Below, in pieces: positions 28,023-36,351 of a stretch of 64,000 bases of DNA. Each line of letters begins with the position of its first letter. Position 1 is the stretch's first letter. Origin of the DNA: a virus. A program made the translations under genes and the position numbers. Under the pieces are notes generated by a model, which had not been told where the DNA came from, searched no databases, and saw only the letters and a list, made by a program, of their open reading frames with translations. The stretch is taken from the IMG/VR virus record IMGVR_UViG_3300010883_000001, positions 1 through 64,000 of that record, one strand, 5' to 3'.

Positions 28023-28289
28023 ATGGCATCTAGAACCCCCAAACCGGCATTAAAAGCTATAGCTAAGCCGGCAAAAAAGACATCTCCAACAAAAACAACC
28101 AAAACAACCAAAGCAAGCGTATCAACCGATAAACAAGTCAAAGAATTGACTGATCGCTTGACCATCATGGAAAATAAAGTAGAAAGTTTCATAAATTTAG
28201 TCGAGCGTGAATTTTCTTCAGAATTACTTTTAGGACCCCGAGGTCTAGGAAAGAGGATTCGCAAATTTCTCAACGGGGATCCCGAGTAA
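28023..28289 (+). CDS. Small basic protein (Lys/Thr/Pro-rich N-terminus plus coiled coil)
   Basis: AAGGAG RBS; ASRTPKPALKAIAKPAKKTSPTKTTKTTK followed by a heptad segment. Confidence 0.65.
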   Translation: MASRTPKPALKAIAKPAKKTSPTKTTKTTKASVSTDKQVKELTDRLTIMENKVESFINLVEREFSSELLLGPRGLGKRIRKFLNGDPE

Positions 28290-28315
28290 ATTTTTCTAAA
28301 TTTTCCTCCTAATTA

Positions 28316-28370
28316 GCATTTAGGTCCGTACCTTTGATCAGCTGAAACTGCCGGCGGTACGAGAGCATGC
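28316..28370 (+). ncRNA. Candidate structured 5' leader RNA
   Basis: GC-rich intergenic island with nested pairings GCAT/ATGC, CGTACC/GGTACG and CAG/CTG, ending just before the AAAGGAG RBS of 28392. Confidence 0.4.
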
Positions 28371-28391
28371 AGATAATAAAGGAGAAAGATC

Positions 28392-28907
28392 ATGCCACAG
28401 GTAAAATTTACAGATAAAAAAGGCTTACATCAGGTTGCCGGCGGCGGTATACAAATAACCGGCGGACAGATGAATTCTAAGCGTAACGTTATTGCACTAA
28501 CCGATGCCGCTGCTGATTCGGCAATACGTGTCCCGTTAACAATTGCAGAATCAGGTGCTATTATAACGGTCCCGGCAATGACCGTGGATAACCAGACACT
28601 AGTTCTGCCGGTCCTTACGGCTAGTACGGTTGGGTGTACATACACATTCGTCATGGTCGGTACCGCTGCCCAGACTCTAACGATTTCAACTCCCGGAGCT
28701 GAGAAGATACTGGGTGTTCTTCCAAAGGGTGACGGTGACAACATGGCTGCTGGTGCAGCATTTGACACCTTGACAGTCGCTGCCACTGCTCTAATGAGCA
28801 CGTCTTGGACACTTACATGTATCTCTGCTACGGCAGGTGTCGCATGGCTTTGCCATGGCGTACAGGACGGCGTTGCGGCCAACACACTTAGTCTAGCCTT
28901 AGCTTAA
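28392..28907 (+). CDS. Putative capsid decoration/minor virion protein (beta-rich)
   Basis: Strong RBS; Ala/Thr/Gly-rich; TLVLPVLTASTVGCTYTFV beta motif; located shortly after the MCP. Confidence 0.5.
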   Translation: MPQVKFTDKKGLHQVAGGGIQITGGQMNSKRNVIALTDAAADSAIRVPLTIAESGAIITVPAMTVDNQTLVLPVLTASTVGCTYTFVMVGTAAQTLTISTPGAEKILGVLPKGDGDNMAAGAAFDTLTVAATALMSTSWTLTCISATAGVAWLCHGVQDGVAANTLSLALA

Positions 28908-28928
28908 TAGCTAGTTGAACATTATAAT

Positions 28929-28950
28929 ATCCCCCCCTTCGGGGGGGGAT
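28929..28950 (+). terminator. Stable C(UUCG)G hairpin (terminator or mRNA-stabilising stem)
   Basis: ATCCCCCCC-TTCG-GGGGGGGAT; the downstream U-tract is weak. Confidence 0.65.
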
Positions 28951-28978
28951 TCATCTATTCTATTATGAGGACTAAAAA

Positions 28979-29512
28979 ATGAGACATGGACTAGAAAAAT
29001 TGAGAAACCTTGTAGACGGTTTAACTGATCGTGATGTCCAGCTTAAAGAAGAGACAAAGCTTTTAGATCATATATTCACAAGTTTTCCAATACCGTTATT
29101 GGTTTGGTCTGTTGACGTTAATGGAAAGGTTAGGGCACTTAAGGGAAATAGCATAATGAACCCTAGCGCAAAGTTAGAGGACGAGTTATTTTCTGAAAAG
29201 AATGTGAAAAAAGCTCTACGTGAATGTAAGTCTGATGCTGAGAAATCAGATGATAAAAAGGCACATAAGTTTTTGGACACAAATGGAAAAGTGTTCTACA
29301 TGACGATTACCAGGAGATTCACCCAAGAAGGCGATGAGCTAGGATATTTAGGGATGGCTTGGGATATTACTTCAAATGCCATAATACTTAGAAATATTAA
29401 TATGATATACTCCGAAGCATTAGAAGATTGTAATAAGCAAAAAATACTTAGCTTATGCCATGAAGCGTTAAGTGCTAACCAGCTAGCAAAACTAATGGCT
29501 GAAGAGAGATAA
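28979..29512 (+). CDS. Stand-alone PAS-domain protein
   Basis: Coiled coil, then the PAS entry LLDHIFTSFPIPLLVWSVDVNGKV and the PAC terminus FYMTITRRFTQEGDELGYLGMAWDIT. No output domain. Confidence 0.75.
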   Translation: MRHGLEKLRNLVDGLTDRDVQLKEETKLLDHIFTSFPIPLLVWSVDVNGKVRALKGNSIMNPSAKLEDELFSEKNVKKALRECKSDAEKSDDKKAHKFLDTNGKVFYMTITRRFTQEGDELGYLGMAWDITSNAIILRNINMIYSEALEDCNKQKILSLCHEALSANQLAKLMAEER

Positions 29513-29514
29513 AA

Positions 29515-29844
29515 ATGTCTGCAGATAATCAAAATGGGTGGAATGAGTATTCTAGACTTGTTCTTAAGGAGCTAGAGACACTTGCTGGTGGCATAGATGG
29601 CCTAAAGACTGATATTCAAGAGTTAAGATCTGAAGTTGCTATAATTCATTTAAAAGAAGACAAGGTTAAAGAATTAGGGTTATGGAAATCAAAGATTGAT
29701 GAAATAGCTTCTCCTACACACTTACAGAAGATGACAACTGAGATAGAAGATTTGAAATCTTTTAAGACGAAGGCTATCACTATATTTGCAGTAGTTCAGT
29801 TTACCATGGCTGCAATTTTGTTTGCAAAGAATTTTGTATCTTAA
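29515..29844 (+). CDS. Coiled-coil protein with C-terminal transmembrane anchor (XhlA/holin-accessory-like topology)
   Basis: Heptad repeats followed by the hydrophobic stretch AITIFAVVQFTMAAILFA. Starts 2 nt after the PAS gene stop. Confidence 0.55.
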   Translation: MSADNQNGWNEYSRLVLKELETLAGGIDGLKTDIQELRSEVAIIHLKEDKVKELGLWKSKIDEIASPTHLQKMTTEIEDLKSFKTKAITIFAVVQFTMAAILFAKNFVS

Positions 29845-29888
29845 TTCTTTGTTTTCATTTTTATAATTAGTCTTATACGATCGGAGAT

Positions 29889-31061
29889 GTGATGGCGACA
29901 TTTGCACAGACATTAAAACCAACACCTTTTGGGTTTTTTGATGGTGATAAAACATTCCAGACCGATGCTGATTCAATGGTCACTTATACTAAGAGAAAAT
30001 TGGGAGATGATATTCTTAGCGTTGAGCTGACAAAAAGGCAGGTTTGGGCATGCTTTGAAGAATCTTTTTTAGAGTTTGGATCTATAATAAATCAAGCCCA
30101 GGCAAAATCTCAACTAGGTAATTTATTGGGAAATGCAACCGGAAGTTTAAGTGGCTCTGAACAAAAGTTTCCCCGCGAAAATTTAGAGTTTATGCTTAGG
30201 CGAGGTGAACCATATGCAATGGAAGCCGGTCTAGGCGGCTCTTATGACACACTTTCAGGTAGTATAGCACTAGAAACGAATAGGCAAGATTACGATATAT
30301 ATACTGAGTTATCTGACTCTGCTGGAAATGCTCTTTTTACCAGTGCAAATAATAATCCTCGTACTAAAATGAGGATATTTGAGGTATTTCATTTTTCTAA
30401 CCAGGCAGCATATAGATTTTTCGATACTACGTCTGCAATAAATTATCTTAATAATGAATTTTCTTTTGAGTCTTTTACACCCGAAACGGTTTTTTATGTA
30501 CTTCCTGTCTTTGAAGATATTTTACGTGGTGGCATGCTTGATATGTCATCTAGGGTTAGGAGATCGAATTATTCGTATAAGATTACCGGGACAAAACTAA
30601 GAGTATACCCTGTTCCTACCAAGGGTACACCTGGGAAATTATGGGTAAGAGTTGGATTTTCTCCTGACGTACTAAATCCAGCATATAGCGATTCATCAAT
30701 ATCAGGTGTCAGTAATTTATCAAATGTCCCATACGGAAATTTAGAGTACGGAAAGATAAATAGCATAGGTCGGCAATGGACCCGCCAATATGCATTTTCA
30801 TTAGCGAAAGAGTTATTAGGGCAAGTTAGATCAAAATTTGCATCAGTGCCAATTCCGGGGGGTGATCTATCATTAAATGGGGGAGATCTAATATCACAGG
30901 CAAGAGAAGAACAGGATAAATTAAGGACTAATATGATTGAATTACTTGACTCTCTAACCTATAGCAAGTTATTAGAGGATGAAGCCGGCGCTGCCGAGAA
31001 CCTACAAACAATACTAAAGTCTATACCCATTCCAAATGGGCAAGCTATCATAGTAGGATAA
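29889..31061 (+). CDS. Neck/head-tail adaptor protein (T4 gp13-like)
   Basis: KRKLGDDILSVEL and WTRQYAFSLAKELLGQVRSKFASVPIPGGDLSLNG match the gp13-type pattern. Confidence 0.75.
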   Translation: MMATFAQTLKPTPFGFFDGDKTFQTDADSMVTYTKRKLGDDILSVELTKRQVWACFEESFLEFGSIINQAQAKSQLGNLLGNATGSLSGSEQKFPRENLEFMLRRGEPYAMEAGLGGSYDTLSGSIALETNRQDYDIYTELSDSAGNALFTSANNNPRTKMRIFEVFHFSNQAAYRFFDTTSAINYLNNEFSFESFTPETVFYVLPVFEDILRGGMLDMSSRVRRSNYSYKITGTKLRVYPVPTKGTPGKLWVRVGFSPDVLNPAYSDSSISGVSNLSNVPYGNLEYGKINSIGRQWTRQYAFSLAKELLGQVRSKFASVPIPGGDLSLNGGDLISQAREEQDKLRTNMIELLDSLTYSKLLEDEAGAAENLQTILKSIPIPNGQAIIVG

Positions 31062-31065
31062 GTGA

Positions 31066-31737
31066 ATGTCTAAGCTTTTTATTACTCACCGTGAAGTTGA
31101 TTTTATATCAGATCTAACAAAAGAAATAACGAAAGACGTTAGAGGTCAAAGTATTTTTTACTTTAAAGTAAGGAGAGATCTCAGCGACGTACATGACGTA
31201 TATGAAGAGGCAACTAATAAGGTTTTTGATCCTCCCGTGGAAATTGAAGCGTATGTTTCATGGCAACCAACAGAGTATAAAACAAACCGATATGGATCCG
31301 AAGGTGTATCATCGATTGAAGTATTTATACAATCACGAGATTTATTAGATAGAGAAATAAAAATGGCTGAAGGTGACTATTTCAGTTATGGGACGGTATT
31401 TTTTGAAATAACGACTATCACAACTGAGAAACAAGTTTTTGGCCAGGTTGATCATAGCGTAGGTATGAAGATTATAGGTAAATACGCTCGTGTAGGACAG
31501 ATAGATGTTCGACCTGCCGGCCCGTTGGGCGAAGATATCATGGATGAAAACGGCGATCGGGCAGTACAGAAATCGTTTGTGCAACAACGAGGTAAGGGAT
31601 CTAATCGTCTAGGCGAGACTGGAGATAAACGTGCCCTTCAAGATCAAGGAAAATTAGATAAACCTGAAAAGATTGCTGAAATCTCTAAAAAAGGTGACAG
31701 TGCTGGTATAGGTTCTTCTTTCTATGGGGATGATTAA
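31066..31737 (+). CDS. Head closure/neck protein (T4 gp14-like)
   Basis: Position after the gp13-like gene; motifs VYEEA, PVEIEAYV and EGDYF. Confidence 0.6.
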   Translation: MSKLFITHREVDFISDLTKEITKDVRGQSIFYFKVRRDLSDVHDVYEEATNKVFDPPVEIEAYVSWQPTEYKTNRYGSEGVSSIEVFIQSRDLLDREIKMAEGDYFSYGTVFFEITTITTEKQVFGQVDHSVGMKIIGKYARVGQIDVRPAGPLGEDIMDENGDRAVQKSFVQQRGKGSNRLGETGDKRALQDQGKLDKPEKIAEISKKGDSAGIGSSFYGDD

Positions 31738-32999
31738 TGGCAACTAGGGAAAATAAGGGAGATGTTGGAAAAGATAATATTCCGTTGGGGTATGAAGGTA
31801 ATGATATTCCTGACGAGACTCTTCCTCCCTGTACAATAGAGGATGTAGACAGATCGGTTTTTAATTTATTTGATGAGGATTTACCATTTCAGTATGATAC
31901 AAGGGTAGGCTCTAAAAGGGTACCAGTTATTTTTGCAACCGGCGAGCGATTTGCAGTTTTAACAAGGCGAAAGCCTCTAAGGGATAAAAATGATGCGTTA
32001 ATCTTACCCTTAATATCGATCATGCGAACAGATATAAATCAAGAAGTTTCTAATGGGATGGGCCCAGGTCAGACAGCACCATTCATTTTAAAAAGAAGAA
32101 TTCATAAAGATACTGCTGATTATAAGAAGCTTATAGGAGAAATGGGATTTAAGAACTCAGATGATATCGCCGGTTCAAAAAGTTTAGATGGATCCCAACC
32201 AACACAAAAGTCAGGAAGATTAGCATCAAGAAGATCGCTGGGGGGACTCGATAATCTTCGTAGATCTGGTGCAGTATTGACAAAGAATGTGGGTCCAACA
32301 ATTTATGAAATAATACAAATGCCACCGGTTAAATTTTATCAAGCAACATATGAAATTCATTTTTGGGCACAATACACTCAACAAATGAACAACATGTTGT
32401 CTGCACTTATGAGTATGTATTTGAGTAATCATAAAAGAACATTCAAACTTGAGACTAAAAAAGGATATTGGTTCGTAGGCTTTGTTGATGAAGCTTTTTC
32501 ATCTGGAAATAATTCTGATGATTTTACTGATGATGAGAGAATTGTTAGGTATACGTTCACTATGAGGGTTAATGGATACCTGATTAATCCAGAATATCCC
32601 GGTGCACCTCCTCCTTTGAGAAGGTTTTATTCTGCACCAAATATTAGTTTTGATGCATCAAGTGGATCAGAAATTGTCAATCTGCCGACAGGCAACGTAC
32701 TTAAAAATGATCCGGATGCTTTTATTCTTGCGGATTTGGATCTTGAAACAGATGAAGGGCAGAAACAAGCTGTTGCATCTTGGGGTCCAAATGATCCAAG
32801 AGTACCCGGTAAGGATAGTACGGTTGCAAATGTTGGTGGTTTTTCCAATGTCAGTACGACACCATATATGATCTTAAAAATTGATCCATTTACGGGTGAG
32901 AAAAAGACTAGCATATTGCGAGTAAAACATAGAAATCAGAGAACGGGTGAGACGGTATTATCTGCCGGTATCACGGACGATCTGATTAAATTGATATAG
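31737..32999 (+). CDS. Tail terminator/sheath stabiliser (T4 gp15-like)
   Basis: VPVIFATGERF, LILPLISIMR, YEIHFWAQYTQQMN and RYTFTMRVNGYL; located between neck and sheath genes. Confidence 0.65.
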   Translation: MATRENKGDVGKDNIPLGYEGNDIPDETLPPCTIEDVDRSVFNLFDEDLPFQYDTRVGSKRVPVIFATGERFAVLTRRKPLRDKNDALILPLISIMRTDINQEVSNGMGPGQTAPFILKRRIHKDTADYKKLIGEMGFKNSDDIAGSKSLDGSQPTQKSGRLASRRSLGGLDNLRRSGAVLTKNVGPTIYEIIQMPPVKFYQATYEIHFWAQYTQQMNNMLSALMSMYLSNHKRTFKLETKKGYWFVGFVDEAFSSGNNSDDFTDDERIVRYTFTMRVNGYLINPEYPGAPPPLRRFYSAPNISFDASSGSEIVNLPTGNVLKNDPDAFILADLDLETDEGQKQAVASWGPNDPRVPGKDSTVANVGGFSNVSTTPYMILKIDPFTGEKKTSILRVKHRNQRTGETVLSAGITDDLIKLI

Positions 33000-33081
33000 A
33001 GAATCTGTAGTTTTGGTTTCTTGATCAATAATTACAGAATGACTTACAAAAGAATGATTCGTGTCTAAGGAGATTCATTAA

Positions 33082-36000
33082 ATGGCTGAGCAAACTTTTC
33101 GTTCACCTGGGTTTTTCGAGCAAGAAATTGATCTTTCATCGAAAAGAGCTGCTGCTTTGGGAACACCCGCTGGTGTAATAGGTACTTCGCAAAAGGGACC
33201 GGCATTTGTCCCTGTTGAGGTTGGGACTTTTGTCGATTTTACACAAAGATTTGGGAGCCTTGATCCTAACATGTTTGGACCTTATGCTGTTAGAGAATTC
33301 TTAAAGCATAGGCAATCCCTTACATTTCTTAGGGTCTTGGGCGCGGGTGATAATGAGACAATTACAGATATATCTACGACTGAGACTGCTGGGACTGTTA
33401 AGAGTGCTGGATTTAAGGTCGCATCGACCGTCGTTGATGCCGCTGCAATAGAAAAACATCAGGGTGCAGTCCAGTTTCTTGTGGGTAGGCATAAGCTTAG
33501 GGGCCATGAGTCAGTGGGCTTTCCAATGTTTTCAGATAACGTTAGTACACCGCTTGGGACAAACCGACTAGCAGGGTCTGCATCATTCGGAGGATTATCA
33601 TCTGAGACAGTAAACCTGGTTAGGGCCGTAATATTAATGGCATCTGGCACTAGAGCAGGGATTGTTTCAGGTTCTGTTACAGATAGTATAAGTAAGACAG
33701 CAGGTGATACTGGGTTTATCCAGAGTTCTGGTGACATGAAGGGTCGCTTTGGTTTATTCTTAAGCTCGACCGCAGGTCACAGTTATGGGTCGGCAGAGGG
33801 TATAAGTGGTGTTAGGGTATATACGGCCAGCTTAGATCCTAGAGACCAATATTACATATCAAAGATTTTAAATACAGACACTAGGGCCTTCGCGGAAGAA
33901 GAGCATTTACTCTATCTAGATCTCGCGGTTGAGGATGAATTAGCCGCAGTACCAGAGGGTGAGCATGTAGGTCACATAGCGATGTTGTCGGGCTCTGCTT
34001 CAACTTCATCAACCTCTGGGGCTAATACAACAGTATTTAGGGATTTATTTGGGAGATTTGATACTAGATATACGACACCTAGGACCCCATCAATTCTATC
34101 ACAACCATATGGCAGAACTGAGCATGCATTATTCTATTTCGAGACTATATCGGACGGCGAGGCTGATAATTCAAATTTTAAGATATCAATTGCTAATTTG
34201 AGAAAGAGTACAGATCCAAAAGATGAATATGGGACATTTGAGGTTCAGGTTAGAAAATATAGTGATAATGATTTAGCACCAGATATTTTAGAGAGATATT
34301 CTGAATGTAGCCTTAATCCTTTTAGCGAAAATTATATTGCTAGAAAGATTGGTGATAAGAAGGTTAAATATAATTTCGACGCGACCGATGAGGATGAACA
34401 GAGATTAGTAATTTCCGGAAAATACCCGAATCGCTCCGGTCGAATTCGTGTTATTATGAACCCGAACGTCGACAGGGCTCTTGTTCCTGGGGACGTATTA
34501 CCTTTTGGATTTACCGGTATTCCTACATTAAAAACGTCTGAAACGCTCACCGATGTTACGACTACGGCACTAGCGGATGATAATGGAATTGCACTGGGTG
34601 CCGCCACAACAGACCGGTTAGCATTCGTAAACCTGCTGGCCAATCATGGCACCTCGGCCAACGCCGAGGCAGTACTAAATAGATTATCAGCATTGACAGG
34701 TTCTATAGTACCTCCTCTTCCATTTAGATTCAAACAGACGCGTGGCGCTGTTGCTGAGACACCAACTAGAGTTGGAGAGGTTGGAACAAACGAAAGGGTT
34801 GATAGTCGACTATATTGGGGTGTTAAGTTTGAATGTGCTCCAATGTCATCATCACATGCCCAGGGTTCAACTCCGTCAGCAGCACTAAATACTAACATTG
34901 GATCGTTAAAAAATCCTCTTGTCGCTGCTTATGGGAAATTTCAAGGCATCTTAAAGCTCGATACTCTCGTTACCGGCGCCGGCGCAGATAAGTTTAATAA
35001 CAATAAATTTACGTTGGCGCGTGTGGCATTAGATGATCAAACATTATCAAGTTTAACGTCCAGTGCTAAAGAGCATATGATCAAGGCTTCATATATCCGG
35101 AATGGCCTGTGGGATTCTGTTGACTATAGGGTAAAAGACCCTGTCTGGAATAATGCTGGAGGTTCCTTAAACAGAATAACCATGGCGTCGCTTGTGCACA
35201 CATCGGCAGTAACATTTAATAGGTTCACTGATTTTGCAAAGTTTTCGACTATGTTTTTTGGTGGATTTGATGGAGTAAATAAACTTGATGGTGATGTTGT
35301 AAACATGAACCATAAGGCCGCGGCCGTTGGAGCCGGTGGGAAGGCTGGATCAAGCTATACTGGTGGCATGGGGCTATTAGGAACAGACGATGGTACACTG
35401 ATGGGTACCGGTCGTCATAATAATTCAATTGTATCATATAGGCACGCAATTACAATAATGACAGATCCTATGGCATCTAGAATTAACATCCTCGCAATTC
35501 CAGGAATAAAGGATGAATTTGTTACTGACTTTGCTGCCCAACGAGTTAAAGATTATGGTATGGCATTATATTTGATGGATATAGAATCGTATGATGCTAG
35601 TAAAAATATATTATTTGATGATAGTACAGCAAGGATAGATGTTCAGGAAACAGTCGATCAATTTGAAGGAAGAGTTGTGGATAATAACTACACCGCGACA
35701 TATTTTCCAGATATTTTTATCGAAGATCCTGTTAATAATAGATCCGTTGAGGTACCGGCATCCGTTGCTGCTATAGGCGCACTGGGATTTAATGACAAGG
35801 TTGCATTCCCATGGTTTGCTCCTGCTGGATTTAATCGCGGCGCATTATCGGCGGTACAGAACGTGAAGACAAGACTAAATTCTGCTGATAGGGATACATT
35901 ATACGATGCTAGGATTAATCCAATAGCATCTTTTCCAAATAGTGGATACGTTATATTTGGGCAAAAATCATTGCAGATGGCTAAATCAGCATTAGACAGA

Positions 36001-36309
36001 GTTAATGTTAGAAGAATGCTTCTGGAAGTTAAGCGATTAATTGTCGGTATTTCTAACAGGCTATTATTTGAACAAAATAATGCAGAAACAAGGTCACAAT
36101 TTGTAAATCAGGTTACGCCACTGTTGGCGCTGGTTCAAGCCCAAGCGGGTATAGAACAATTCAGGGTTATTTGTGATGATTCTAATAATACGGAATCTGA
36201 TCGCGAGGCTAGTAGGATGAACGGAAAGATCGTTGTCGTTCCCACTAGGGCGGTCGAATTTATTGCTATAGATTTTATTATCACAAATAGCGGAGTTAGT
36301 TTTGAGTAA
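33082..36309 (+). CDS. Tail sheath protein 1 (T4 gp18-like, enlarged)
   Basis: FRSPGFFEQEIDLS, PWFAPAGFNRG, LYDARINPI, SALDRVNVRRMLL and PTRAVEFI. Confidence 0.93.
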   Translation: MAEQTFRSPGFFEQEIDLSSKRAAALGTPAGVIGTSQKGPAFVPVEVGTFVDFTQRFGSLDPNMFGPYAVREFLKHRQSLTFLRVLGAGDNETITDISTTETAGTVKSAGFKVASTVVDAAAIEKHQGAVQFLVGRHKLRGHESVGFPMFSDNVSTPLGTNRLAGSASFGGLSSETVNLVRAVILMASGTRAGIVSGSVTDSISKTAGDTGFIQSSGDMKGRFGLFLSSTAGHSYGSAEGISGVRVYTASLDPRDQYYISKILNTDTRAFAEEEHLLYLDLAVEDELAAVPEGEHVGHIAMLSGSASTSSTSGANTTVFRDLFGRFDTRYTTPRTPSILSQPYGRTEHALFYFETISDGEADNSNFKISIANLRKSTDPKDEYGTFEVQVRKYSDNDLAPDILERYSECSLNPFSENYIARKIGDKKVKYNFDATDEDEQRLVISGKYPNRSGRIRVIMNPNVDRALVPGDVLPFGFTGIPTLKTSETLTDVTTTALADDNGIALGAATTDRLAFVNLLANHGTSANAEAVLNRLSALTGSIVPPLPFRFKQTRGAVAETPTRVGEVGTNERVDSRLYWGVKFECAPMSSSHAQGSTPSAALNTNIGSLKNPLVAAYGKFQGILKLDTLVTGAGADKFNNNKFTLARVALDDQTLSSLTSSAKEHMIKASYIRNGLWDSVDYRVKDPVWNNAGGSLNRITMASLVHTSAVTFNRFTDFAKFSTMFFGGFDGVNKLDGDVVNMNHKAAAVGAGGKAGSSYTGGMGLLGTDDGTLMGTGRHNNSIVSYRHAITIMTDPMASRINILAIPGIKDEFVTDFAAQRVKDYGMALYLMDIESYDASKNILFDDSTARIDVQETVDQFEGRVVDNNYTATYFPDIFIEDPVNNRSVEVPASVAAIGALGFNDKVAFPWFAPAGFNRGALSAVQNVKTRLNSADRDTLYDARINPIASFPNSGYVIFGQKSLQMAKSALDRVNVRRMLLEVKRLIVGISNRLLFEQNNAETRSQFVNQVTPLLALVQAQAGIEQFRVICDDSNNTESDREASRMNGKIVVVPTRAVEFIAIDFIITNSGVSFE

Positions 36310-36351
36310 TTTAATATCTATTAAATAAAGGCATAAGCTAGGAGACTACTA

